A stretch of 63,595 nt of DNA from Candidatus Hydrogenedentota bacterium (GTDB taxonomy: Bacteria; Hydrogenedentota; Hydrogenedentia; Hydrogenedentales; SLHB01), in contig CAIYET010000115.1 of assembly GCA_903925285.1 (NCBI GenBank), positions 1 through 63,595 on the forward strand, read 5' to 3'. Below are positions 47,166 to 57,244 of the stretch, piece by piece. Below the pieces are notes generated by a model. It was not told the origin of the DNA. It ran no database searches and was given only the letters and a program-made list of their open reading frames with translations. The position numbers were made by a program, and so were the translations under genes. Each line of letters opens with the position of its first letter. The stretch's first letter is position 1.

Positions 47166-47187
47166 AACACTCAAAGGGAGTATAACA

Positions 47188-47658
47188 ATGGCAAAGAAGA
47201 AAACAAAAAAAAGATTGGTAGAAAAAAGATCGGCAAGGGTCAAGCCAGTGCGCGGGTTTAGCAAGCCGCGCACTGGCGCGCACGGGTTTAGCAAGCCGCG
47301 CACTGGCGCGGCGCTTGAAAGAACTGCATACCACGATGCTTTAGAAGCGCCATCAGTCGCGGAGAAAGGGCGAGCGGCGCCGGCAGAGATGATCATGCTG
47401 CACCAAGGGACACGCCCGACTCGCGTGCCGCTGGGCAAGACTCGCACGGACGAACAAAAGATCGGCGGTAAAACCGTGACCGTGGTCTATGGTGATGTTT
47501 GGACAGCGGTCCGCAAGCTGGGTGTCTCGAAGATGACTGTGACCAATCGAATCAAATTGCCCACGGGTCATCCGCACAAATTGTCGGCGGTTCGGTTTGG
47601 CAGCGCCAAGTTATGGATTCCAATGTCCGAGCTGGAAGCGAAACCCGAGCCAGTTTAA
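47188..47658 (+). CDS. Basic protein with a C-terminal HTH-like segment
   Basis: Lys/Arg-rich N-terminus; AVRKLGVSKMTVTNRI. Confidence 0.6.
   Translation: MAKKKTKKRLVEKRSARVKPVRGFSKPRTGAHGFSKPRTGAALERTAYHDALEAPSVAEKGRAAPAEMIMLHQGTRPTRVPLGKTRTDEQKIGGKTVTVVYGDVWTAVRKLGVSKMTVTNRIKLPTGHPHKLSAVRFGSAKLWIPMSELEAKPEPV
47251..47310 (+). repeat. 30-bp tandem duplication
   Basis: C(G/A)CGGGTTTAGCAAGCCGCGCACTGGCGCG twice. Confidence 0.95.
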
Positions 47659-47683
47659 CGCACGAGCCGAGCAAGGAAGAAAC

Positions 47684-47977
47684 GTGAACACAGCAAAGCA
47701 TAAACGCTTAACAAATCAAGAGATCGAACGGATCGGCGTCTGGGGTAGCGCCAAGATACCGCCTTACTGGGAAGAGCTACGGAATTATGTCTTCAAAAGA
47801 GATGGACATCGATGCTCTCGATGCCACAAGGTCTTCAAAGACAAAATGCTGGATGCTCATCATATCATTTGGCGCGAGAATGGCGGGAGTGACAATCCAA
47901 AGAACCTGACCACTGTTTGCACGCCGTGTCACGACCTAAAACTGTTGGATCTGCCCGAATCGTGGCACACAACATAA
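47684..47977 (+). CDS. HNH endonuclease
   Basis: RDGHRCSRC...AHHI...GGSD...NLTTVCTPCH. Confidence 0.9.
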   Translation: MNTAKHKRLTNQEIERIGVWGSAKIPPYWEELRNYVFKRDGHRCSRCHKVFKDKMLDAHHIIWRENGGSDNPKNLTTVCTPCHDLKLLDLPESWHTT

Positions 47978-47996
47978 GAATCGAGAGGAAACCAGA

Positions 47997-48404
47997 ATGT
48001 CAAACAACTCGTTTCGGTTCGATCCAAATAGTTCCGGGGAGGTTTCTGCTCGTGTAACGCAGTTCGCGGCAATCAGGTCGATACACGGGCTGCAAAAAGC
48101 AAGGAGAGTGCTAGGGCTGTCTCAGTCGCAGTTAGCACGTGAAATAACGCGATTGGCGAGGCAGTCCGGCGAGCATCCCGTCAGCCGATCAACAGTCGCA
48201 AACTGGGAATCAAGACGAAAGATGATGGCGCGTCAATACGTGGACGCTGTTGGGCGCTTGCTGGCAACGTGGGTTTCCGATAAACTGGGACGCCGCATCG
48301 CAACACGGATTCAGGTTAATTCGCCGTGGCAAGTGACATTGTTTGCGACGTGCTCGAATTGCAACAAGTGGTTCGAGATACGCCGTTCAACGCAGAGGAA
48401 ATGA
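47997..48404 (+). CDS. XRE-family HTH regulator with a C-terminal CxxC
   Basis: ARRVLGLSQSQLA...VSRSTVANWE. Confidence 0.75.
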   Translation: MSNNSFRFDPNSSGEVSARVTQFAAIRSIHGLQKARRVLGLSQSQLAREITRLARQSGEHPVSRSTVANWESRRKMMARQYVDAVGRLLATWVSDKLGRRIATRIQVNSPWQVTLFATCSNCNKWFEIRRSTQRK

Positions 48405-48427
48405 GCAAGTTGCAAGAAACGAGGCAC

Positions 48428-49072
48428 ATGATTACTATCGCATTTGACGCCGCCGAAAAATTCACGGGCTGGGGAGTCCTTGGGGACTTGGGCGAGATCA
48501 ACAGCTACGGCGTCATCAAAACTCAGCACGATGCCGACATAACGGATGGGCAAGATCAATTCAATCGCCAAGCGGTCTTGCGCGGCGAGGTTCTGAACGT
48601 GATTCACGCTGTCGGTGCATCTCTTGTCCTAGCCGAGCGCCGGCTACAAAATCTCACCATCGCCATTGAGCGCACGGACTGGAAGCGCGGCAGGTCAGCG
48701 TCACGCGTCGGTCTCATCACCGATGGGATCGCACGCGAAGCACTCGCCATTGCGACCTCGACTATCTTTGGCGTTTGCTTGGAACTGGGGATTGATCCGC
48801 TGATCACCGGACCGTTGGAATGGAAACGCGCACTGGGAACGGGACGCAGTAAAGGGGGCGCGGCGGAATGGTGTATCAAGCAATGGCCGATGCGCTTCAA
48901 GCAAGGGATCTCCGACAAGACGCGCGCCGGCAAACGCACGATCAAGAAAGTTTGCATCGACATCGGGACGGATGAGATCGTGCCCGATCACGTCACCGAC
49001 GCACTGGCGATGGGCTACTATGCACGTGGACTGAACAAACTGGCTACGGACTTGAAAGGAGTGCTACCGTGA
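48428..49072 (+). CDS. RuvC-like Holliday junction resolvase
   Basis: IAFDA...TGWGV, IAIE, EWKRALG and DHVTDALAMG. Confidence 0.7.
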   Translation: MITIAFDAAEKFTGWGVLGDLGEINSYGVIKTQHDADITDGQDQFNRQAVLRGEVLNVIHAVGASLVLAERRLQNLTIAIERTDWKRGRSASRVGLITDGIAREALAIATSTIFGVCLELGIDPLITGPLEWKRALGTGRSKGGAAEWCIKQWPMRFKQGISDKTRAGKRTIKKVCIDIGTDEIVPDHVTDALAMGYYARGLNKLATDLKGVLP

Positions 49073-49748
49073 TGTACACCGCACAAGACATCGACAACCT
49101 GATCGACGACGCGACGCTCGGACGCACGACCGAGGCGCAACTACGCAAGTATCTGGCATGAGTGGAATCGCGGAATGCCCGCGCAAACTCTTCTGGGGCA
49201 TGCTCAAAGGATCGGATCACCTGCTCAAAACATTGCCGCGCGATCTGCGCCTGGTGCAACAACGCAATTTCAAACGGGGCTATGGCATAGAGAAAATATG
49301 GCGTGAGATGGTCAAAGATGCTTTGCTCGACCCAGCACCGCTCCCGCCGGATCCGGAAGGACCCGCGATTGTTGGCTTCGACCCGATCTTTCGTGGGCAC
49401 GTGGATGGAATCTACAAGTCGGGGCAGATCGCGGAGTGCAAAAGCGTCGCGCCTGAAAAATTCCAACGCATCGTGCGCGTGGAAAATAGGATTCCGCCAT
49501 TTCACTACTGGCAAGTCCAGGCGTACATGCGCTATTCAGATTTTGACGCGACCCTGATTACCTATTTTCAATCGAGCACGCTCGAGCACGCAACTTTTCG
49601 TATCACGCAAGACGACAAGGTGGGCGACGCTATCGAGAAAAAAGCAAGACTCGTGCTGGCGTGCTACGCCAAGGTTCCACCTGGCGAGATTCCGATCAAT
49701 GGCACGCGCGCCGCGCCCGCGTGTGAATGTGGACGATGCAAAGACTGA
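49072..49748 (+). CDS. Cas4-like PD-(D/E)XK nuclease, with a 1-nt frameshift near 49155
   Basis: CPR, GHVDG, ECKS, QVQAYM and C.CGRC; one added G gives YLGMS. Confidence 0.75.
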
Positions 49749-49833
49749 ACCAAGCAAGGATGTGAACAATGGCCGCAAATCCTAGCATTGAACTGAAAAA
49801 GCCACGACGACTTTCACCGTTTGGGCACACGCG

Positions 49834-50280
49834 TTGAGCATCGCAACAAAAGCGAACGACGCGCAACAACAAGCGATTGCCTACTTGAACGAACGCCGCA
49901 ATGAATCGCTGGCGCAGATCGTCGGCATCGGCGAGCGGCGTGGGCTGGACGTCAACCTCGAGGCGGCGGAGCTGACATTCAACCAACCTTACACAGTTCT
50001 GCCCGCTCAAACCGGCGACCCGAATGAAGTCATGATCGTGCAATCGCTGATCGTCGCCGGGTTGCCGGCGATTGGCTGGATCCTGTCGCCCACTGAACTG
50101 CGCGCGGTCAAGTCGCATTCCGTCGCCGACACGTACATCAGCGCTTTCAAAGCGGCGGCGCACGTCGGTCTGGTGGTGCATGATGACCAGGGCTGGCGCA
50201 CGAACCAAGTCAAGATCAATTCACTCATTGCCGTATATCAAAAAATTGGCACTAGTGCCAAAAAATTCGGTGATCCATGA
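49834..50280 (+). CDS. Hypothetical protein (true start uncertain)
   Basis: 148 aa ORF coupled to the FtsK gene. Confidence 0.5.
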   Translation: MSIATKANDAQQQAIAYLNERRNESLAQIVGIGERRGLDVNLEAAELTFNQPYTVLPAQTGDPNEVMIVQSLIVAGLPAIGWILSPTELRAVKSHSVADTYISAFKAAAHVGLVVHDDQGWRTNQVKINSLIAVYQKIGTSAKKFGDP

Positions 50281-52262
50281 ACAAACTATCGCTCATTGCC
50301 ATCGCACTCTGTTTGACCGCTTGCGGATCGCAATCGTTCATCACGACTGCCGCGCCCACGAGCGCCGATCCGTTCGAGCAACTGATCGGCGCTCAAGCCA
50401 GTGCGACTGCCGCCGCTGGACAATACAGCAATGTTTCAGCCGTCGCCACGTCGCGCGCAAGCGCAACGGAGACTTATCTCCTGCTGTCGGCGCAACAAAC
50501 CCGGGTGTACTTGAGCAATGGAGCAACGGCGACGGCGATGACGCAGAACTTGCAAGCGACTCGCGAATCGGCAAAGGTGATCGGCACGCAAACTGCCCTA
50601 GCCAGCGAATCCAGTGCTCAAGCGACCAAAGCCAGCGCCACCCAGACGGCACGGATCGCCGAGTCCAACGCGACCGCGGCTGCCCAGTCATATCAATTCA
50701 CGGCAACGGCTGGCGCCGTGAATGTGCAAGCAACGCAAGCCAGTGCCTCGGCGACATCTACCGCGCACGCGGCGAGCGCGAATGCGACGGCAGTCAGCGG
50801 CAACGCAACGGCAACCGTCGTCGCCGAGGGTGTGAAAACAAAGATCGAGCAAGAAACTTACTCGCGCATGACTGCCGGCACGATCGCTTGGGGCGGACTG
50901 ATCGTTGGCGCGGGTCTCGTCCTGCTGTTGGCGATTCTCATCTATCGCGCTATCGATGTTTTTATCTGGCGCAAACGCATCACTTTTCGCGACGCGTCCG
51001 GTGAGCTGGTGATCTTCTTTCCCGGCGACAAGCGCAACGCCGCGATGCTGCGCCCGGGGCGAATGCCCAGCGAGGGATCCGTCATTGCGGATGGAACTTC
51101 AACCCCATTGACCATCCACGCGGCACCCGGCAGCGCGCCGGCAACTCGCAACGATCAACGGGTCAGTATGCTCCTAGCCGCCAAGTCATCAGATGCGGAA
51201 ACGGATCTGAAAATTGACACGGGCATGAACGAAGGTGAGCGGTTACAGCTCGAGCCAGAGCAAGATCGCAAACCTTTTGAAGCTCGACCGCTGGAACTGC
51301 GACCCAATCGAAAAATGTTCTTGCCAGTTGGCGTCACGGGCACGGCAGAGGAAATGTGGATCCCGCTCAACACGGTTCCGCACGCGCTGGTGGCTGGATC
51401 AAGCGGCATGGGCAAATCAACCTTGATGCACGCATGGATTCAGGCGTTGATCGCGGGTCGGGCTGTAAAACTGGGGATGTATGATGGTAAAGATGGCTTG
51501 GAATTTGAGCGCTACGCCGGCACTGGCGCCGTGGCGCTGAACGATCGCAATCTCGGGGAATTTCTCAAAGAGCTGACGAACGAGGACGCGCAACGAGCGG
51601 AGATGTTCAAACCGCTGGGAGTACGCAATCTCGACGACTACAATGCCACTGGCAAGAACTTGCCGCACGTCGTTCTTTTCATCGATGAGATCAGCCGCGC
51701 GATGGAAGTCGCCGGCGCACGCGAACGACTGGAACAACTGGCTGAACGAGCGCGCGCAACGGGCATCCACCTGGTCATGGCGACGCAACACCCAGACACG
51801 AAGACAATCACGCAGGGCATTCTTTCAAATGCTTTGTTGCGGATCGCGTTTTCCGTGCCGCACAGTGTCAACAGCGTGGCGGTGCTCGGATGCTCGGGCG
51901 CCGAGAAACTGGGCGGGATTCCTGGGCGGATGCTGGTCAATTACCACAGCAAACTGATCGTAGCGCAAGCGTTTGCTGTCAAAGTCCCGATGCCCGGCGA
52001 GTGGAATGTCTCGGAAATGCCGCCGGATATTAGGGAAATGGTCAATATCGCGATAGGGCAGGGCGGTGGACTGTTTGTCGTCACGCAGATCGCGAGAGAA
52101 CTGAACATCCGACCTGCCAAGGTGACAGACGCAGCGCGTTGGCTGGAACGCAACAACCTGCTGACGCCAGTCATCAAGGATGGTGAGGGTCGAAACAAAG
52201 GGCGCCGGATCACTCCCCGACTGCTGGGGATGGTTCAACCTGTGACGGCTACTGGGAAATGA
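50277..52262 (+). CDS. FtsK/SpoIIIE-family ATPase with a lipoprotein signal and a TM helix
   Basis: LCLTAC lipobox, Ala/Thr-rich region, TM, HALVAGSSGMGKST, VLFIDE and RATGIHLVMATQ. Confidence 0.85.
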   Translation: MNKLSLIAIALCLTACGSQSFITTAAPTSADPFEQLIGAQASATAAAGQYSNVSAVATSRASATETYLLLSAQQTRVYLSNGATATAMTQNLQATRESAKVIGTQTALASESSAQATKASATQTARIAESNATAAAQSYQFTATAGAVNVQATQASASATSTAHAASANATAVSGNATATVVAEGVKTKIEQETYSRMTAGTIAWGGLIVGAGLVLLLAILIYRAIDVFIWRKRITFRDASGELVIFFPGDKRNAAMLRPGRMPSEGSVIADGTSTPLTIHAAPGSAPATRNDQRVSMLLAAKSSDAETDLKIDTGMNEGERLQLEPEQDRKPFEARPLELRPNRKMFLPVGVTGTAEEMWIPLNTVPHALVAGSSGMGKSTLMHAWIQALIAGRAVKLGMYDGKDGLEFERYAGTGAVALNDRNLGEFLKELTNEDAQRAEMFKPLGVRNLDDYNATGKNLPHVVLFIDEISRAMEVAGARERLEQLAERARATGIHLVMATQHPDTKTITQGILSNALLRIAFSVPHSVNSVAVLGCSGAEKLGGIPGRMLVNYHSKLIVAQAFAVKVPMPGEWNVSEMPPDIREMVNIAIGQGGGLFVVTQIARELNIRPAKVTDAARWLERNNLLTPVIKDGEGRNKGRRITPRLLGMVQPVTATGK

Positions 52263-52794
52263 GCGACATCTCGGTATTTGGTTATCGGTAGTAAAACCGT
52301 GTTATCTCGCGTTCGGAAGGGCTTGTCAGACGCATCAGACTGGAAATCTGGTGCGTCTTTTCGTTATTGGATCGGAATCCATCTTCCCGCGCACGCGTTC
52401 AGCGTCAAATACACGAGTCGAAGGAAACTGAACACGAGGCACTGTCTCGGCAACCTGATCAGAGTCGAACACAAGCGGGTTCGGCGCTCATCACGTTGCC
52501 GTGAGGTTTCCTGTTTCCGAGGGGTCCACACTTTCAACCAAAGTCTTTCCACCGTTAGGTGCCCACGAAGGGAAGCGGGCGCAGCCACATCAATCTCCCC
52601 GCAACTTCGCTTTGGTCTTGGTGTATGTTGAATGTTTTGCCAGATCTGCGTTGGTCGTGCCGCTAGCGCGTCTTAGTGTTCGATTAGGTCACAAACAAAC
52701 CGCTAGGATTCGATGAGAAACAGTGCATCCACTATGTTCCAGCGCACGCACATCGTTGCGCGCGCCGTGCTTGTTGAAGCTAAGTTGCTGAAAT

Positions 52795-53032
52795 AAAAAA
52801 TCAGTCCTTTGTTCTCGGCGTAGGGTGTCCTGTCAAAGACTCCCCCGTTGGCGTAGGGGTCACTCAAGGCGGATAATACTCGCTAGTGCAACCCTATGCC
52901 GATAACAAAAGACTGAATCATGCTTTGACAGGAACTTTATGTACCATGTGAGTTGGTGCCACCCAACTCGGTAATTTGTTGATCTGCGTCAACAGATCGT
53001 TTGAGACTCGGAACTAGGTAACTCCCAATCTC
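52795..53032 (-). ncRNA. Candidate structured ncRNA or attenuator
   Basis: Three hairpins, a 26-bp stem ending in U6 and an 11-bp cross-pairing; lies downstream of a promoter. Confidence 0.55.
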
Positions 53033-53038
53033 GATGCT

Positions 53039-53067
53039 ATTCTACTCTAACTTGGCGACAATGTCAA
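53039..53067 (-). promoter_or_regulatory. Promoter
   Basis: TTGACA-17 nt-TAGAAT. Confidence 0.75.
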
Positions 53068-53082
53068 GGTCGTAAATAACAC

Positions 53083-53127
53083 AAAAAAATCCCAGCCGTG
53101 ACAACTTGCGTCATCACGGCTGGGATT
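53083..53127 (-). terminator. Intrinsic terminator of the leftward operon
   Basis: 14-bp perfect stem and a T7 run on the minus strand. Confidence 0.85.
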
Positions 53128-53741
53128 GTCGGTGGAACTCTACTTTCAAACCTCGAAACGGCGCATCTCCGCGCCGCGCTTGTAAGCGTCGGCAACCGGC
53201 TTGTAGACATCGGATGGATGCGGTCGGTAAACCCAGTTTGCCAGAATGGCACGCACGGCGCTTGATTCTTCACGCATTGCGGTGCGTAGCGTTTGACTCA
53301 TAGCAGTCGCTCCTGCTGGACTGGCGCCTTGCCGCGCTCGCGTTGAAGCAAAAGATCGTCCAAACCTCGCTCGGCTTGCTTGCTGGCGACAAGTCCAGCA
53401 CGCTTGCCTGGATCCTGCGGATCGAGTGAGTAGTAACAAATCTGGAGTGCGCGCACGTTGCCGGCTTGATCGGCGATTTGCTCGAGCAAGCCGGCAAACT
53501 CGGTGAGAATCGGCGCGATGACATTCGCCGCGTCGGCTTCGTTGCCAGTGGAAATAAAGCCACGAACTTCCAATGCGTCTGCTATCTGCATCGCGATTTG
53601 ATCGGCACTTGCACATTGGCACCATCATCTCGGATGCTGAGATCGCACCTTTCGGGTTTCCATGCTTGCGCGCCCAGGCAACGACACTCTTAACATCTGC
53701 CGGCAGAATGGTCACGGTTCTTTTAACTTGGATGTTTATTT

Positions 53742-53984
53742 TCATACTTCCTTCTTTGCTTCAAACTCGTCATTGATTTTGATGTGATAGCCGACTGTGC
53801 TTTTGATGGCTTCGACTTTCGTCCCAACCATGATTGCGTCAACATACAGCGTTCCATCTTCACGCAATTTCAAGATGAAACCGCGCCGACCGTCAACCCA
53901 CAATTCGTATGCGGTGTTTGGTTTGAGTTGCTTACGCGCGGACGCGCAGGTACGGATTGCTGGGCGTTTCGGAACAATTCGCAT
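53742..53984 (-). CDS. Hypothetical protein
   Basis: GGAGG RBS before MRIVPKR. Confidence 0.55.
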   Translation of the reverse strand: MRIVPKRPAIRTCASARKQLKPNTAYELWVDGRRGFILKLREDGTLYVDAIMVGTKVEAIKSTVGYHIKINDEFEAKKEV

Positions 53985-53994
53985 GCCTCCTTGC

Positions 53995-54026
53995 TTGGAC
54001 GCATCCTCGCGCGAGGATGCGTCCAA
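53995..54026. repeat. Perfect 32-bp palindrome
   Basis: TTGGACGCATCCTCGC|GCGAGGATGCGTCCAA. Confidence 0.95.
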
Positions 54027-54032
54027 CTACAA

Positions 54033-55904
54033 CTACTTTTTCTTCGAGATCGGTTTGGCGGACTTGGCTTTGCGCGCTTCTTTGCGCGTGGCTTTGGCGA
54101 GGTTGCCGCGATGCTTCGGGCAATACACGCCAATGGTCTCGTCACCGACCCAGTGCTCTTCTTCGATGTCGCGCTTGGTCAATTTCTCGGCGGGGGCATA
54201 GTCACCGCACGTCCAGCAGCAGAATGGAAGATGCTGAACTGGGACAGCATCCCATTTCGGCGGAAGTTTGACACCCAGGTGATTGATGCTTCCACGGTAG
54301 CCGTCGAGATCTGGATCGTCCCAGCCATTCGCAATCTCGATGAACTTGCGCCGGACTTCGGTCAATGGATTGTAGCGTCCTTGATAATCAACCGAATGCT
54401 CGGCGAGCACCATGAACGCAATGTATTCACGCAATGCTTCATCGCTGTCGGTCTTGAGAATGCGCTCGGTCAACGCATCACGATGCGCTTTCAACTCATC
54501 GCCGGCAACGCGCAAGTCATTGGATGCCAGGCGCGCCAAGAATCGCAACGCCGCGCCGCTCGATTTGATTTGCGGAGCAACGACTTCCGCCGTGTGCTTC
54601 GTCAGCCAGATCACGCTCCATTTGTTCTTGTTCGTGGCGGAGCGTTCTTTCCGGCGCGCCGTCGCTTCGCGATTCTCTTCTTTGCGCCGATCATCACGGG
54701 CTTTGGGAGACTCGTTTTCTTTGGGTGCGGATTTGGCGGGTTTGGACTTGGCTTTATCGCCGCGCTTCAGCGCCTCGGATTTTTCCTTGAGCCAGGTGCG
54801 CGTTGCTTCTTCGTCTACTGTGCCCAAGCAAACCCAGCGCGAACCGAGCAAATGCAAACGGTCATACGACTGATTGCGGAATTGCCAGCCTCCCGCTGGG
54901 GCGGGCGGAACGGAATACAAACGCAATTCCGGACGCTTGGACGCAATCAACGCTTGGATCATCGTTGTGTACGTCGAGTCGCGCTCCGAGCCATCATACA
55001 CTGGCGTGATGTTTTCATCTGCCGAGAATGTCGCGATGCCAGTCTTCTCGTGAATGCGGACGAGGTCTTGCGGGATCGTCAACTTGAACTTGGCATCGAA
55101 GCACGCCGGGCGCGCGCAAAACGTGGAATGCTCGTACTTGAACAAGAACGAACATCCGGAACATTGCGGGATGGCTTCTTCGTCGTCCAAGGGCTGATCG
55201 AATAAAGTCACCTGCCCTGGCTTGGGCCAATCCATCTTCCACGGCACATCGTTCAACGCGCGCGCCTTGTCGCCGATCTGCTTTTCGATTTCGTCGTCAA
55301 TGTATTCTTCGGGGTTGGCTTCTTCGATGGATGCCTTTGCAATCTTCAACGCGGAGCGCGGTGCCAGCTTGGACAACGCCACCAACGCACGCGCATTGCG
55401 CTGGCTGATCTTGCGCTCGTCGGCAAGCGCCTGAACTTCGGGCGGGAGCAACAAGAGGCGCAGTAGATCGGAAATAGTCGAGTCCGACTTGTAACCAAAT
55501 TCCTTGGCGGCGGCGAGGTTGGAAAGTCCGAACTCTTTCTTGCGCCGTTGAATGATTTTGGCTTTCTCGATAATCGAGAGGTCGTCGCGCTGTCCATTCT
55601 CAGATGCCGCCCGATCGCTCATCTCGCGGTCCGACAAATCTTGGATGTCGATGGGGAACGACTCGCCTGGGAATGCAACGACGAACGCGCGCTTGCGGCG
55701 ATGACCAAAGGCAAGCTGCACACGGTCTCCGACCATTCGCCCTTGCGGGATCTGCATCATGCCGCGAACTTCGGGGCTGCCCTCTTTCGGGGTGAGCATG
55801 TCAGTGGCGAGATCGCGAAGCGATTGCTCGCTGTAGCTCGTGCGCGGTTGCCATGGATTGTCGTCAACCAGCGCAGGATCAAAAAACTGGATATTCATAC
55901 TCAT
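54033..55904 (-). CDS. parB: ParB/Spo0J-family protein with a long Cys-containing C-terminus
   Basis: NPWQPR, LAFGHRRKRA, ENGQRDDLSIIE and an HTH. Confidence 0.85.
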   Translation of the reverse strand: MSMNIQFFDPALVDDNPWQPRTSYSEQSLRDLATDMLTPKEGSPEVRGMMQIPQGRMVGDRVQLAFGHRRKRAFVVAFPGESFPIDIQDLSDREMSDRAASENGQRDDLSIIEKAKIIQRRKKEFGLSNLAAAKEFGYKSDSTISDLLRLLLLPPEVQALADERKISQRNARALVALSKLAPRSALKIAKASIEEANPEEYIDDEIEKQIGDKARALNDVPWKMDWPKPGQVTLFDQPLDDEEAIPQCSGCSFLFKYEHSTFCARPACFDAKFKLTIPQDLVRIHEKTGIATFSADENITPVYDGSERDSTYTTMIQALIASKRPELRLYSVPPAPAGGWQFRNQSYDRLHLLGSRWVCLGTVDEEATRTWLKEKSEALKRGDKAKSKPAKSAPKENESPKARDDRRKEENREATARRKERSATNKNKWSVIWLTKHTAEVVAPQIKSSGAALRFLARLASNDLRVAGDELKAHRDALTERILKTDSDEALREYIAFMVLAEHSVDYQGRYNPLTEVRRKFIEIANGWDDPDLDGYRGSINHLGVKLPPKWDAVPVQHLPFCCWTCGDYAPAEKLTKRDIEEEHWVGDETIGVYCPKHRGNLAKATRKEARKAKSAKPISKKK

Positions 55905-55929
55905 TGTTAGGTCTCCTTTGCGACTGGAC

Positions 55930-56223
55930 TTATTGCCAAGTCGTCGAATTTTGTTGTTCTGGATTAAGTGCCGCGACTAGCGTTGTCGTGCCAGCTTTTG
56001 GCAAGGTATTTGAGATTGTGACGAATCTCGGATTCCGAACCTTGAAACACGATGCACGGTTGCTTTTTGTGCGAAGTCTTGCGACCGCCGATGCGGTTCG
56101 CGATTTTAACACCCTGGGCGAAGTTTTGGGATCACCCGGCAGCTTATCCCAATCAGTTGTGATGAACCGGCTATTTCCATTGACATCGCTTTCGATGCGC
56201 GTTAATCTGATTTCATCAGCCAT
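55930..56223 (-). CDS. Hypothetical protein
   Basis: Coupled ORF. Confidence 0.45.
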   Translation of the reverse strand: MADEIRLTRIESDVNGNSRFITTDWDKLPGDPKTSPRVLKSRTASAVARLRTKSNRASCFKVRNPRFVTISNTLPKAGTTTLVAALNPEQQNSTTWQ

Positions 56224-56573
56224 TATTCACCACCCGCCTCGTTGGCGCTGGCATTCTTGCGGATCCATTCATTCCACGCGGCGAGAGCATCTTCCGGGGT
56301 GGGGAACCGGCATCGCTTGAGATAAGCGCGAGTGCGCGACGAGGGCAACGGCTCGAACTCAAACTCGCTCTGCTTGTTCAGCGTAAAGCCAGGCATGAAC
56401 GAGCCGAGACTGCGAACTGCCCACAGCACCGTGCCGTCTTGCTGCACGGCGCGCTGTAGGCAGATCAAGTTGCTGGGATCGCGGTGGAGCAAATAACTAT
56501 CCACCGGGATTTCCGCAATCGAGTCATAAGGTTGGAATGGAACGATCACTTGCAAATCATCAGTCATGTTCAC
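56223..56573 (-). CDS. Hypothetical phage protein
   Basis: WAVR...LNK..EFEFEPLPSSR. Confidence 0.6.
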   Translation of the reverse strand: MNMTDDLQVIVPFQPYDSIAEIPVDSYLLHRDPSNLICLQRAVQQDGTVLWAVRSLGSFMPGFTLNKQSEFEFEPLPSSRTRAYLKRCRFPTPEDALAAWNEWIRKNASANEAGGE

Positions 56574-56883
56574 CTTCTTTCTTTTTGGGATTCAATGCTT
56601 GCCAAAGCGTGGCGCCGATCACGGTGATCGGCGTGGCAACGGAAAATTTATTGTCACGCTCCGCCACGAGAGTGGATCCTGCATAACCGCCGCAGGGATT
56701 GAGCGTCGCCGTGCCGAAAACTTCATACTGGGCATTGACACGCAAGACTTGGTGGCACTGGCTACACGTCGATTCCCAAGCGCCTTTGGAATCGACCCAG
56801 GCAATAAACGAATGCCCGTTCAGATTAGCGGCTTGGGCGGCGGCATCAAGGAACTTGGTATCATTCTGACTTATCTGACTCAC
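56560..56883 (-). CDS. Hypothetical protein (CxxC)
   Basis: Coupled ORF with AGGAG RBS. Confidence 0.55.
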   Translation of the reverse strand: MSQISQNDTKFLDAAAQAANLNGHSFIAWVDSKGAWESTCSQCHQVLRVNAQYEVFGTATLNPCGGYAGSTLVAERDNKFSVATPITVIGATLWQALNPKKKEGEHD

Positions 56884-57244
56884 GTCTTATAACTCCTTTC
56901 GGAAGTGGGATTTGGGAAAGCGGAATTTCTTCTTCTTGCGCTACGTGCTGGAGCGCGGGTGCTTTGGCGAGCTTGAAGCGGATGTTGCCGAGCACTTGCG
57001 AGAACGCGCCCAGCAAGCGCAGGAGCTCGCGGGAATTTTCAAACACCCAAAACTCGCCCATCGTCGCGTGATGATATTTAACCCAGCCCGTTCGAGTGGC
57101 ATACTCTTGCGCAATCGGATTTTGCTTGATCCCCAGCCAAGAGACTTTCGCATTGTGCGGATCGCGAATCACGTACACGCCAACGCCGGCAAGGTAATCG
57201 ACAAATTCAAACTGAGCATCGAGGGGCGGAAGTGGGATGGGCAT
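56861..57244 (-). CDS. Hypothetical protein
   Basis: Coupled ORF. Confidence 0.55.
   Translation of the reverse strand: MPIPLPPLDAQFEFVDYLAGVGVYVIRDPHNAKVSWLGIKQNPIAQEYATRTGWVKYHHATMGEFWVFENSRELLRLLGAFSQVLGNIRFKLAKAPALQHVAQEEEIPLSQIPLPKGVIRRESDKSE

Noticed and set aside
47251-47310. 30-bp repeat as a mini-CRISPR
   Set aside because: The copies abut with no spacer and preserve the reading frame, so this is a coding duplication
49072-49748. Cas4-like nuclease as a sign of CRISPR-Cas
   Set aside because: No repeat-spacer array or other cas genes; solo Cas4-like nucleases are common in phages
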